Positions 1-12,576 of a DNA stretch of 64,000 bases are shown one piece after another. The notes under the pieces were generated by a model, which was not told the origin of the DNA, made no database searches, and saw nothing but the letters and a program-made list of their open reading frames with translations. A program made the translations under genes and the position numbers. This stretch comes from the human T2T-CHM13v2.0 reference genome, Homo sapiens: NCBI RefSeq assembly GCF_009914755.1, contig NC_060930.1; one strand, written 5' to 3'. Position 1 is the first letter of the stretch, and each line of letters starts with the position of its first letter.

Positions 1-19
1 AATTGATATAACATGGATT

Positions 20-225
20 TGGAAGCAGGTGGATTTGGATTTGAAGTTCATCTCTATAGTCTTTTATATTTTTCTACCTTGATAACAAAGGATGAGTTAC
101 TATCTTGTCTAAAATTTTGGTTACTCATTAACTGGCTGTTCATATTTCATTGTGAGATGTGAAAGGATTTTCTGTGAAACTTATGCAAAAGCCACTGAGC
201 ACATATGGTTAGTTCAAGAAGGTTA
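20..225 (+). mobile_element. MIR SINE fragment (degenerate)
   Basis: Loose by-eye match to MIR core and 3' end (ggatttgaa...tgtgaaacttatgcaaaagccactgagcacata). Confidence 0.4.
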
Positions 226-527
226 TTTTGCTACAGTTTTTCTCCTTGAATCATTGACTTCTATCCCACATACATTTCCTAAATGTTAATCTCCCAGCCT
301 TCCACCTCTTTCTTCTCAACCTTAGCAAATCACCTTGCCTCCTACCCACAAAGAAGTATCTATCAGGTGTAAACTTTATCAGTTTTACTTGATCTAGTTG
401 GAAAGACTCATTAAACTAATAAAGATGCAAATGGGTCTTTAATTATAATTATATACTCTTAATATAAAATTCTGAGGATGTGTAACCTGATACTATTTTG
501 AAGATACAACATACCATCTGGATAAGT

Positions 528-702
528 GATTTTTAAACTGTAGCCCATAGACTAATCAAAATGAACTAAAGTGTCTATTAAAATGAAGACTCCTCTTCCA
601 CTCGATAACTTCTGAAATTAGTGATTCTAGGATGGGACTCAGTAGTATATAGTCTTAGCAAGCTTCCCAGGTGTTTCTCATCAATTGAAATTTGAGAGTC
701 AC
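528..702. mobile_element. MER5-type hAT MITE (degenerate)
   Basis: gtgatttttaaact...agcaagcttcccaggtgtttctcat...tttgagagtcac resembles MER5A body and termini. Confidence 0.5.
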
Positions 703-739
703 AACATTTTAAGGCCAAAATTATGTATTATTCACTCAC

Positions 740-830
740 CAGGAGACTAATATAATGCCTGCTGCATAGGTAACGCCCAATAATCTTTGAATGGAAAGCC
801 TCGTGGAACAAGTGGAAGCCTTACCCATTT
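740..830 (-). other. Candidate spliced exon (91 nt)
   Basis: Minus strand: branch-like CTTTAAT, then CCTTTTTTTCCAG acceptor (AG at 832-831), and CTG|GTGAGT donor (739-734); no transcript evidence. Confidence 0.3.
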
Positions 831-979
831 CTGGAAAAAAAGGTATTTTTATTAAAGTACACTCACCTCTGCATGTGTCTGACAGTAGCAGAGCAGACCA
901 GCTTTGCAGTGAGACTCCCTGCTCCAACGCACGGGGCTCTATTTGATCTGGAGTGTGCTTCTTTCACAGGCACACTTCC

Positions 980-1338
980 CTCAGGGCTTTTGCACTTGCT
1001 TCTCTATCTTCCTGGAAGGTTCTTCCTTCAGATACTCGCAGGCTTGCTCTATAACCACCTTTAATTTTTTTGTTCAGGTGGCACTTCCTAATTAAGGTAA
1101 CATTCTTGCCCAGAGTTCCTGATCCTCCTTCCCTTTTTCTTTTTTTTTCCATGCAAAGCATTTATTATTTTATAATACAAAAATAGTTTGCTAATTTATT
1201 TTGTTTATTCTATGTCTCCTCAAACTGGATGATAAGCCCCATGAAAGTAGGGCTTTAGTTGGACTTGCTCATTGCTGTTAGTTCAAATGTCTAGAAAAAT
1301 ACCCGACATATAAGTGCTCAATAAACACTTGTTGACTG
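980..1338 (+). mobile_element. L2 LINE 3' end
   Basis: cagggcttttgcacttgct...taagccccatgaaagtaggg...taagtgctcaataaacacttgttga are typical L2 3'-end motifs. Confidence 0.75.
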
Positions 1339-1401
1339 TAACTTAATATGAAATTTTAATCTTTCAATTTATGTGCTTGGTATCCTATAGAATCCATCAG
1401 A

Positions 1402-1438
1402 ATATATATATATATACACACACACATATACATATTTT

Positions 1439-1476
<38 letters not shown>
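1402..1476. repeat. Compound (TA)n/(CA)n/(TG)n microsatellite
   Basis: Read directly. Confidence 0.95.
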
Positions 1477-1480
<4 letters not shown>

Positions 1481-2544
1481 GTAATTTCTGTCTTAAAATT
1501 TGGATCATTAGGTGATAGAAAACAGTACTTCTTTAACATCATCAGATAAAATTTACATGCAAATCAACGAGTATTTTTGATACTGTGGTCCGCAAAAACA
1601 GCAATGGGGAAACATGAACACAAATAGAATAGTGTAAACAAAAACATTGGTACTGAATTGTAATTGAGACAGGAAAGTTGACAATTTCTTTTATTTTTGG
1701 CTGCCATGGAAGAGTCTATTATCTAAATATTATAGGTTTTCAAAAATAAAATCAGAAGGATAACATTGAACACAGTCTTTCCAAAGCTCCTACAAAATAT
1801 AAGAAATATTCCTTAAGTGTTTTAGTGATAGAAGTATGCTTGTGTTTCCTGATATGGTGAATTTCAATTCAAATAATTTATAAAGAGCTAAAATATATGT
1901 AACTTTCAAAGAATTAGGGTTACATTAAACAATATCTATTGCTATATTTCTGTCCATTTTGCTCTTGTATTTCCCACTGTTTCTACTGCTCACATTATAG
2001 GGCAAACTGCTTTCATTTTTATTCAAGACAAGCTTTACAAATTATCCAAACTTAATGTAATAATTTAAAAATTGTTACAGAATATTTCTTTTTTGTCTTT
2101 CTGATTATGTGACCTTTGATCTATCATTCTTGAAGGACCAGTCTGCTTCAGGATCTAGGCAGTGTGCTGTGTAGATTAGGATTTGTTGCTGAATGAAGAC
2201 AGTGAGAAATATAGAAAATACATTTCACTTCCAGTCTTCATAAGTGAGATTTTGCAGCAAGCAATTGTGTGGTAGTGAATTTTACTGAGATAAAATAATC
2301 TCTATTACTTTATTTCCACCTTTATATTTACAAAGGGGAAGGGCTTAGGACTTATTTTACAGTTTCTTGTTGCTGAAAAAAGTTCTCTTTCCATTTTGGC
2401 AACAGGTGCTGCTTACTGGTGGTGGGAGAACTTGAGAAAGGGAGAGTAACCTGAAAATCTGCCTCTTTCTAATTTGGGGAATAGGGAGTAAAGTATAAGG
2501 AGGGGAAAAGGAACAGAGCCAGACAAAGAAGAGAAGTCTGGACA

Positions 2545-3009
2545 TCCAGACTTAGGGAGACTCTTGGGAAGGTATGATTGTGTTTTGAAATGTGAGAACA
2601 TGAGATGTGGTAGTGGCCCAGGGTAGAATGACATGCTTTGGCTGTGTCTCCACACAAATCCTATCTTGGACTCTAGTTCCCATAATCCCCATGTATCCTA
2701 GGAGGGACCCAGTGGGAGGTAATTGAATTAAGGGGGCAGTTACTTCCATGCTGTTCTCGTGGTAGTGAGTGAGTTCTCACAAGATCTGATGGTTTTATAA
2801 AGGGATCCCCACACACACACTTTGCTCTGTACTTCTCCTTCCTGCCATCATGTGAAGAAGGATGTGTTTGCTTCCCCTTCCACCATGATTGTAAATTTCC
2901 TGTGGCCTCCTCAGCCATGCTGAACTGTAAGTCAATTAAACCTCATTCCTTTATAAATTACTTAATCTCCAGTATGTGATTATTAGCATTATGAGAATAG
3001 ACTAATACA
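2545..3009 (+). mobile_element. THE1C/D MaLR 3' LTR (2629-3009) with ~85 bp of THE1-internal 3' end
   Basis: TGACATGCTTTGGCTGTGTC...GACTAATACA termini, preceded by gttttgaaatgtgagaacatgagat as in the THE1-int end at ~60386-60431. Confidence 0.9.
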
Positions 3010-3149
3010 GTGGTCATATGAAAATCCTATTTTCAATGAATTTTTATCAAAGTTTTCATTTTATAATTGCTCTTACCTCATTATCATTTGCGCACTCTCT
3101 CCTTATCTTCCTAGCATATACTGTTCTGTCATTATGTAGTTATTTATGT

Positions 3150-3270
3150 ATATATCTGTTTCATGTCTGTAAGCTCCATATATCTGGGGACTCTACCCAT
3201 TTCATTTATTCACCACTACCTACTCAGGGCCTGGTCAATGCCTGGCACTTAGTAAACATTTTGTATTTTT
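3150..3270 (+). mobile_element. L2 3' fragment
   Basis: tgtaagctccat...tttattcaccact...tgcctggcacttagtaaacatt. Confidence 0.6.
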
Positions 3271-3539
3271 AAAGAATTAAAGAAAAATTTTTAAAAAACT
3301 GAAAAGTAAATGCAAAGCAGCTTTGATGCCTGCTCTATTGTATCTCTTTAATTATAATGTCAACATTTTGTAGTTTTTTTTTTTAAATTTTCTTTAGTAT
3401 CTAAATTAGTGCTATCTGGTCTTGTCTTTGCCTGGGTGACTTTAACCTCTTATATATTGTCTTATGTGAACTTGATTTAAAGTTTGCATAAAGTATTTTA
3501 TGGAATGGGAGAGAAAAAAAAGATAAAAAGTTATGAACT

Positions 3540-3708
3540 ACAACTAAGTGATCCATGGGAGCTTAGAAAACTTACTTAATTCTCTGAATCTGAGAGTCAT
3601 TGGTTGTATAAAAGGGTTACTTATAACTAGCTTCTAGAATTGTTAATATTTGTAATGCACTACAGACTGACTCTTCACAAAAAAGGTGCTAAACTAATGG
3701 CAGCTATT
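3540..3708 (+). mobile_element. MIR fragment
   Basis: ttacttaattctctgaatc...aggtgctaaactaatggcagctatt. Confidence 0.55.
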
Positions 3709-3873
3709 TAAAATCCTATGATTTTCAGCTCACAGCGAGTACACAAATAGATAATGTATGATGTACACTGCAGCCTTGGAGTCTTTATTTGGGCTGCATA
3801 AATACAAAGCACTAGGATAGAATTTTCTTTTAACTCTTTGTTTTCTGAAGATTCAAATGATAAGCAATGTTAC

Positions 3874-4193
3874 TTTCTTTTTTTTGGGGGGGGCAGGAAG
3901 GAGCACTGGGGGAACAGGGTCTTACTCTGTTGCGCAGGCTGGAGTGCAATGGCAGGACCTAGGTTCACCGCAACCTCTGCCTGCCTGGCTCAGGTGATCC
4001 TCCCACCTCAGCCCTCAAAGTAGCTGGGGCTACAGGTATGCATCACCACATCGGGATAGTTTTTTGTATTTTTAGTAGAGATGGGGTTTTGCCACGTTGT
4101 CCAGGCTGGTCTTGAATTCCTGGGCAAAGGTGATCTGTCCACCTTGGCCTCCCAAAGTGCTGGGATTACTGGCGTGAGCCACCTTGCCCAGCC
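3874..4193 (-). mobile_element. AluJ
   Basis: Full dimer on minus strand; acagggtcttactctg and ctcaggtgatcctcccacctcagcc are J-type; possible degenerate TSD agcaatgttactttc / agaagtgttgttttc. Confidence 0.93.
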
Positions 4194-6989
4194 AGAAGTG
4201 TTGTTTTCATTTCTTCTCAAACCCACAGAATAACAAATAAAATGCAGAGGTATAAATGGCTATCTTTTGGCATGTCTATTTGAAATGGTAAAGCACTTAT
4301 TATTGAACATGGGTCAAACATGTTGTTCAGCAAATGATATACGTTCAATATGCATTTGTTAGCCTGTTATCTGTCAGCTTTTTATTTTAACACTTATTTC
4401 TCACATTTTAGCCTTTTCAGTTTACTCCTGTCCCCTCTTATATGCTTTAATATCGTTTGTCCTCAGTCCTTCTTATATGCTCCCCATCCCTTTTATATGC
4501 TTTTATATTGTTTGTACTCAATATTTTTTCCGTTTAAAAACTTTGATAACTTCTGATGCAACTGTTTTAGGATCATCCCTGTTTTTTTCCAGTGTAAAGT
4601 AAAGCTAGTTCAATGTTTTCTCACTCAAATTATGCCAAAGAAACCGTCATAATGATTCTGTACACAAATACATATTAAGCAAACCATTTCATATTTGAAT
4701 AACTTAACAGATAGTTGACTACTTAGTAGTAACTGAATATTAATCGGCCACCAACTGGGAATTTGCATAGTGTCATCAATATGGCCTGGCCAGTCACCCC
4801 AGATGAGGGTAATCATTCTTCATGTAAGTATAGGAATGTGATAACATTGCTGACATTGGTGCTTTGGAATTTAAAACTACAGTCAGAACATTAATCAAAT
4901 ACTGTACCAATAGAAAATTCATATTTATAAGAAGGAAATATTAGAACCATTTTTAGTGTATATATTGCAACTTTAAAATCTTCATGTCTACTTCCTACTA
5001 TGTCAAGAGGAGCCCTATGTAAAGATTTGTACACTTACTCTTTTACAGCTTTTTTCACTTTGACATTAGAAACTGTCTGATTGCTAACAAACACGGAGAC
5101 TCTTTAGGGAGAAGAGTTGTTAAATGTAAATTATATTAAAGAACCTGTTTTAAGAATGTTCTATGTGAATATTAGTGATATTGCAGAAGGAGAGAGAGTC
5201 ACTCCTGTAAAGAGTGTCACTTGGCAAGTGTAAAGAGTAGAAAGTAATCACCAACTAGAGAATCATTGGGTGTCCTTATTGGACATGTTAAAAATATTTA
5301 TAGAAAATCTTCACTTTTTAAAAAATGTATTCTCTTCAAATCTGGATAAGAGGTTCATGACATCTCACTTTTGCATTTATTTAAATTATCTATTCTGTTA
5401 CAATCCAGATTACTTTTCGTAGAATTACGCCAACTTTTACAAATAAAAAACACATTTATATAATTTTTTGTGTGAAATTTGATAAAACATCAAGATAAGC
5501 AACTGAACTTTTGGTTTTATATACTTTCTTAACCATTGTAAAGTGAAGCTACAAAATAAGACCCTACTAGGGAAAATGCATGGATATTTGTTGATCTTAT
5601 GTAAATAGAAGACAGGACGACTACATTGGGATGCTAGTTGTATGAGTTTTTCACAAATGATAACAGTGGTTGTCTTTCCCAAAAGTAAACACTGAGGAGT
5701 GTTTTACACCAACCGATTCAAAGTTGAATTTATGAAAGTATAGATTTCCCCATGAAATCCAAAAACGTTTCAAAGTAGAGGCTCTTTGGAATTCTGTTTC
5801 AAACTGAACACTATTTCCCTCAATTCACCTTTAGTTAAAGCAATTGAAATCATGTTGTAAAGTTCTAGTATTATTTTTCATCCCAGAAGTATTTTTGAAT
5901 TGTGAGTGGATGGGAGTGAGCTTATGCACACAGGAGACCCTTTGGGGAAGATTGAGTTGCTGATAAGTTCCTGAAGGTCCCTATTATGGAGACCTTACTG
6001 GGCCTTATAGAGCTGCCCTAGAATTTCAGAATGTGAATTTTGAGGTCTAAAGTCCATTAATGGTAGACATAAACATGGGCTAGTTAGGCACCTAAGACCA
6101 TTTTGACATATTGATTTTATCAGTGTAACCTGATTATCAGGCATTTTCAAGGTAGTGTGTATGAAGCACCTCTCTAACAGTACCAGTTATCAGAGCTGAG
6201 TGGAACAAATACGCAATCAAACATTATTTATTTAGCTCGAATATATGAATTAGTTGTTCCTGCTGTTTTAACAAGTATCCAACTGGCATTTGCTAGAATT
6301 AAATGATGATCTCCAAGTGAGAAATATAGTATGTTGGTAATCATTAGCATTTTATTGACCAATTTGGAATCACTGAATAAAACTAAAATCAAACAAATGG
6401 TTGTTTGAATAGTAAATAAGACTAAGAAAAAAATAAAAGATCATTCCCCTCTGGCACTGTTAAATCTTTTCAAATGATTAATGAGGAAATATTAATGAAG
6501 TCAAAAAATAACCTACCTATCAGATTTAGAATAGACCCCAAAAGGGCACAGAACACAAACTCAATTACTGAAATTCTTAGAGACTTCAAAATCTTTTATA
6601 TTTGGAAAACAAAATCCATAAAAACAGAATTGAAATTGCCATATTTATTATCTCTAATGAAAGTTGTTTTAAATTTGTTTATATAGCTAATGTTACAAGA
6701 TTTTGCATAAATATTTGAGTCAGCATTTTCCCAAGGTGTTCAAAGATCCTTTTCATATCTTCTCTAGTAATGTTTTCCCTTGTTTTGGATAGCATGAGGA
6801 CGTACAATGGTGTTTCCAGCATTTTTATATTTTCTTAAAGTCAGGAAACTTAAAAGCTTTGAATCTGTGAGGTGAAGTATGGACTATAGCAATGATGTTT
6901 CGTGAGATTACAGTGAAGCAGGTTAAAGAAAGCGGGTAGGAAAGAAAGAAAAGAAAGAGAAAGCTGGAAAGGGAGAAGGTCAGGAATTA

Positions 6990-7220
6990 CTAATAAGTAC
7001 TTCTGTTTACTAGGAACATCATATGTGTTCACTCCTTTACTCATTTTATCATTGCTAAGGACACCTAGCAATGATAAAAATCAGTGCTGTAATTTTAACA
7101 ACAAAACAAATGAGACACAGACAACTTAAGTAGCCGCAAGACAACTGGCAATTCTAACAGAGGAAGGAGGACTTAAACTCAAGACTCACTTAAGCTGCAG
7201 CACATACTTTTTCACTACAT
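6990..7220 (-). mobile_element. MIR
   Basis: aattttaacaacaaaacaaatgagacacag...ttaagtagc...ggacttaaactcaag resembles the reverse MIR core. Confidence 0.55.
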
Positions 7221-7767
7221 CCTGGATGGCCAGTACATCTCAAAATGCTAATCAATATTTAGCAGCCACCTAGACACTACATTATGAGGGATGTTTAAGC
7301 CCAACTTAGGTTTTTTGGCAGATTACTGGGATTAGTTGGAGATGTTTATTGTGTGTGACATAATGGAATGAGGTGGGATGTGTTTCTACCCTATCATGGA
7401 AACCTCACAGCATACAGTCCTCTTGAAAGCCTCCCTGGCCATAGTCCTGAACACCTTACAGTTCATATCAAGCCATTTTGTGTCCCTCTGTGTCTTCTAC
7501 CTTTGAGAAGTCATAGAAAGCTCAGAAGACCACTGACGGGACCAATGCTGTTACCCTTTTCCTTTAGGCAAAGAAACATACCCTCAGCCCCTACTACCAT
7601 ATCTATGAAAATGAAGACTGGGTTTATGTCTCCTTAGCTTGGCATCTAATGGCTGCTACCAGGTGAACTCCATGCATTTCTGTTTACAACTTCTCAACAT
7701 AAATCTTCCAATTTACCAATCTGATATATCTATTAATATATTCCATAGGTACAGTAATGAATTTCTA

Positions 7768-7934
7768 TGTCAAAGACTGATACTTGACCAACAGTATCAA
7801 CATCTGTTCTTCTCTTCCTTTTTAGTAACAAAAACCTGATTTTATTTGGGATGGACATGCGCTTCACTGAAAGACCACATTTTCAGCTTCTTTTGTAGCC
7901 AGTTGCAACCATATGATTATATTAAGTATAAGAG
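7768..7934 (+). mobile_element. Old MaLR/ERVL LTR (MLT1J/K- or LTR16-like), piece 1 of 3
   Basis: ttctcttcctttttagtaacaaaaacctgatttt...gaccacattttcagcttcttttgtagccag; resumes at ~9659-9830 and ~20677-20812. Confidence 0.55.
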
Positions 7935-9658
7935 TGTCTTAGTCCATTTTGTGTTGTTACAAAGGAATACCTGAAAGTGAGTAATATATTTTTAAAAAGG
8001 GAGATTTATTTGGGTGATAATTCTGAGGTCTGAAAAAGTTCAAGATTGGGTGTCTGATGAGGTCTTCACACTGCTTCCACTCATGGCAGAAAGCAAACGA
8101 GAGCTGCAGTTTGTAGAGATCACCTGGTGAGAAATGAAGCAAGAAAGAGAGAGAGAGAGTGGGGAGATACCAAACTCTTTTTAACTACTGATTTTAATAG
8201 AAACCAGTACAGTGGTGACTAGTAAGTCTCACTACCAGGAGAATGGCACCAAGCCACTCATGAGGGATCCACCCTTGTAACCCAAAAACCTTCCACTAGG
8301 TCCCATCTCCAATACTGAGGATCAATTCATTTTGTTGTTTTTTTGTGTGTTTAAAAACTGTTATTTATTTATTTATTTCTTTTTCAACTTTATTTTAGGT
8401 CCAGGGATTACACGTGCAGGTTTCTTACGTGGGTAAATTGCATGTCAGTGGGGTTTAGTGTACAAATGACTTCTTCCCTCAGGTAGTGAGTACAGTACCC
8501 AATAAGTAGTTTTTTGACCCTCAACCTTCTCCCACCCCCTACCTTCAAGTAGGCCCCGGGTGTCTTTTGTTCCGCTCTTTGTTTCCATGCATACTTAGTA
8601 TTTAACTTCCACTTACAAGGGAGAAGATGCTGTATTTTGTTTTCTATTCATGCATTAATTTGCTTAGTATAATGCTCCCCAGCTGCAGCCATGCTGCTTC
8701 AAAGGACATAATTTTTCTCTTTTTATGACTGCATAGTATTCCATGTTGTATGCATGCCACATTTTCTTTATCCATTCCAACACTGATGGACATCTAGATT
8801 GATTCCATTTCTATGGTATTGTGAATAGTGCTGAGATGAACACATGCATGCATGTGCCTTTTTGTAGAATGATTTTAATTCCTTTGGGTATATTGCAGCA
8901 ATGGGATTGCTGGGTCAAATGGTAGCTGTATTTTAAGTTCTTTGAGAAATCTTCAAACTGCTTTCCACAGTGGCTGAACTAATTTACTTTCAAAACAACA
9001 GTGTATAATTGATCCCTCTTCTCTGCAATGTTGCCAACATTTGTTATATTTTGACTTTTTAATAATAGCTATTCTGACTGCTATGTGATGTTATCTCATT
9101 GTGGTTTTGATTTGCATTTATCTAATGATTGGTGATGTTGAGCATTTTTTTTCATATGCCCATTGGCTGAATGTATGTCTTCTTTGAGAAGTGTCTGTTC
9201 ATGTATTTTGCCTATTTTTTAAGTGGGTTGTTTGTGTTTCGCTTCTTGATTTAAGTTCCTTATATTTTCTGGATATTAGACCTTTGTCAGATACATAGCT
9301 TGCAAATATTTTTTCCCATTTTGTGCCTTTTTTCTCTGTTGATAGTTTCCTTTGCTTTGAGGAAGCTCTTTAGTTTCAGTAGGTCCCACTTATCAATTTT
9401 TGTTTTTGTTACAAATGTTTTTGGAGATTTTATCATGAAATATTTGCCAAGGCCTATGTCTAGAATGGAATTTCCTAGTTTTCTCCTAGGATTTTTAAAA
9501 TTTTAAGTCTTACTTTTAAGTCTTTAATCCATCTTGAAGTAATTTTTGTACAGGGTGAAAGGAATGGGGTCCAGTTTTAGTCTTCTGCATATGGCTAGCC
9601 AGTTAGGGGATCCAATTTTAACATGGAGTTTCAAGGGACAAATATCCAAACTATACTA
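7935..9658 (-). mobile_element. MSTB-type MaLR solo LTR split by an L1 (7935-8328 and 9606-9658)
   Basis: TGTCTTAGTCCATTTTGTGTTG start and ggacaaatatccaaactatacta end; near TSD aagag/aaggg. Confidence 0.85.
8329..9605 (-). mobile_element. L1PA15/16 5'-truncated 3' end inserted into MSTB
   Basis: T-rich tail 8329-8385, then caactttattttaggt...gtgcaggttt...; degenerate TSD gaggatcaatt / ggggatccaattt. Confidence 0.9.
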
Positions 9659-9830
9659 AAGGGTTATTTGAGATTTCTGTAAAATATTTTTTTAAAAGAA
9701 GGAATGGTTCCACTATTTCTCTCCTTTTTCTTTCCCACTAGCTAATGTGTGGATATTACAGATATAACTGATGTAGCTTTCTTGAACCACAAGGTAAACT
9801 CAAGAGTGGAAGTTGCTGCTGAAATTAGGC
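9659..9830 (+). mobile_element. Old MaLR/ERVL LTR, piece 2 of 3
   Basis: Continues piece 1 after the MSTB TSD (gtagctttcttgaaccacaaggtaaac). Confidence 0.4.
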
Positions 9831-9834
9831 ACAG

Positions 9835-10441
9835 ATTGTTTTATATTTGCTTCTCTAGATCCATTCTTTGCCCACTTAAAAAACCCTGTTCCCTGCTCTA
9901 GAAAGCTGACCTCTATTTATAGCATCACTCAAGTTCCTTTGTTTTCTTACGACTAGATGGATTTGACCAATGAGAACAAGATATTGGAGGTGAAAGGAGA
10001 GCAAGGTCACAGTATTTATTTCTCCTCTTTCTTGCCAGATTGTAGACCTGAAGAATGGAGGGAATAAAGTTTTTATTTAACTTGAAGAAAGAGAGAGCTG
10101 GTAGTGAAGACTGCCTGAGATAAACTTTGGTGTTTTGTAGAAGAACATATAGAACCCATGGTGACTGGGAAGGCAGGAAACCAGGGGAGTGGATCCTCAG
10201 CTTTACTCTCTTCCATTGTATTATCTATTGTTAGTGGTTTCTGATTGTTGGACTAACCAGAAATTAGAGGGCATCAGGAGCCATTGGTATAGAGTATGTG
10301 TCTGAGCACCCATGGAGAGCTATGAAAAGTAAAGACGGAGGGGCACAGAGAATAAATATGCAAACACATGCTTCTTTAAAAGCTCATCAATTACCCTTTT
10401 AAGTTTGTCATTTGTTTCTTTCAAGGACTCTAGTCAATACA
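9835..10441 (+). mobile_element. LTR33-type 5' LTR of an old ERVL provirus, interrupted by an inverted LTR33-like piece
   Basis: agatccattct...aagctgacctctat...tttgaccaatgag...agtatttatt matches the copy at 20210-20676; 3' end caattaccctttt...caaggactctagtcaataca. Confidence 0.7.
10040..10366 (-). mobile_element. Inverted LTR33/LTR41-like LTR fragment
   Basis: accagaaattagagggcatcaggagccattg and ggaggggcacagagaataaatatgcaaacaca are reverse-complement LTR33-family motifs. Confidence 0.55.
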
Positions 10442-12576
10442 GTAATGACTGTCAGAAGTAGGCTTTCTAAATATGATGTTGGAATTTGAATGGACACATA
10501 TTCCCAGCTCAGGAAGTGGGCAGAGAAGTCAACCATCTCATGTAGTCATAAGGTAAACAGGAATAAAGCCTGATAGTGAAAGCTTTAGATTCACAGATCC
10601 AAAATGCACAATCCAACTAGGTCTCATGCTAAGGCAGGAGTGGCAATTGGGAAGAACCAAGACCCTAAGATGTGCTTTGGGGTCAGTTAGGCAGACACCG
10701 ATGGGGCACAGAATTAGAACTATCAAGTCTTCCTGAACATACTTTTTTGGTGGAAGTATCCTCTCCTACCATCCTACCTGCCCATTTCTGCCTAAGAGAA
10801 CTAATCTCTTATATTAAACAAAACTAAACAAAGCAAAACAAAACAACTCTTCATGATGTCACCTAGTACAGATACTTCATAAAGATATGTGGATTCTCTT
10901 GAGTACCTACTCTCAACATTCTTCACAGACTCCATCCCTAAAATGAGAATTAGATCTAAGCATAGCACAGACAGTCAAATCAGGGCCTCTTCCAGGTGGA
11001 GATCACTTCTACACCAGGACAATTTTCAGCATGTAGGAAATACTTTTTCCCAAAGCTTTAAGAGCTGCATTGCTGAGGGGAATATCAGAAATCATAAAAA
11101 AACAAAACAAAACAAAAAAAAGACTACAGTGATTGTTGTCTATAATCTAGAGAGGACAGTCAGCTCTGCTACCATGGAATTAGGTTCCCCAGTGGATTAT
11201 GGTATCCCACAGTAGCAGGGGTCAGGTGGTGGCCCATAACCTTTGGACACAATTACCATAATTAGCCACAGAGGTCTATAGCTGTGGCTAATTATTCCCA
11301 AGGCTCCTGAGAGTGAAATAGATGGGCAGCCTCCTAATGCATTATTTAACTTATAAAAGCAGAAAATTTTCAGGTCTATTGAGCAAAAATAAGACTTGAA
11401 GTACTGCAGTGGGGTTCATGGCCTCTTATTCAATTCTAAAACATAAACTATCTCACAGACCCAGAATGATTTGATTGACAGGGAGACCAGTCCTCTTTGA
11501 GGAAAGACCCTAGAAAAGAGCCTAAATTCTGTACTGTGAATCTTTCTTCATGTTCTCTCCAGAGGCTATAATCCCTTAATAATGTGACTGAGAAAAAGCA
11601 AAAAACCAGACCGTATGTTGTTGTTAGATACCAGATCTGAATGAAACAATGTGATCCAGTGGTTCAATTAAGGACTAATGGATATCAAGTGTGAGATGGA
11701 ATCTTGGCAAAGTCAATCTTGTACTAAATTGATTAGAATTATTTTTTTCCTATTTCCCTAGTTTTGGAATATTTTGAGTAAATATGTATATTTGGTAAAT
11801 GCAGAGTCCTCTCATTAGTTCTCTGTCCTATGGAATGAGGGCTATTATTGCAGAAATGTTCTATATATTTTTCTCTCATGGCATCCTTCCTCAAGATACT
11901 AAATCAAAAGCAACACTACATAACTGGTGGGAATTGCAGAGATTAGTGCCACCATCAAGGATTTAAGAGATAATGGAGTGGATATTTTTTATCTATTTGT
12001 AAAACCAGCATTATCTATTTTATCCTTATTTAACTTTTTGTTTGAATTCTGAAAAAAAATTAGAATAATCTTAGAGAATGACTCTGGATTATAACAATAT
12101 TACTCAAATAATACAACAATTGTATTTGTTGTTCTGGATATGATGAGCAAATAAACAGATGTGTTAGCTTCTCGTATGCTATTACCTTAGAAATTACTGT
12201 CTTTAACTTCCAACCAGTTAACACAATCAGAAATAGTGTGCCTTCATGTATCAGGAGCAGCAGCACTACTTACCATCTTATATCAGGTCTTTGTTAACTC
12301 TTTTGCTCTCTGTTCTAACCTAGTATGGAGAAAACTTCTTTCTTTGTTTTTGGAATTCTATAGACTATTTCCTGATCCATTACATTATACTAATTGCAAC
12401 AGGTATGAAGGAAGTAGGAAGCACCATAGTTGATTTATTAAGATAAATACGGGTCTGAAAATTCCATGGAGTTTCTAAGTACCCTTCAAAAAGAAATAGG
12501 CATAATGGCTGACCTCTTTAGATTTTAGAGCTAACCTGTAAAATATTTGAGCATTTAAATACGTATATTTACCATT
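10442..12576 (+). mobile_element. Old ERVL internal region (ERV3-16A3/ERVL-E-like): PBS, gag, pro and 5' pol, highly decayed
   Basis: PBS-like ctgtcagaagtagg just after the LTR; gaattgcagagattagtgccaccatcaaggattt and tatggaatgagggctattat parallel the HERV-L pro/RT at 15340-15480. Confidence 0.75.
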
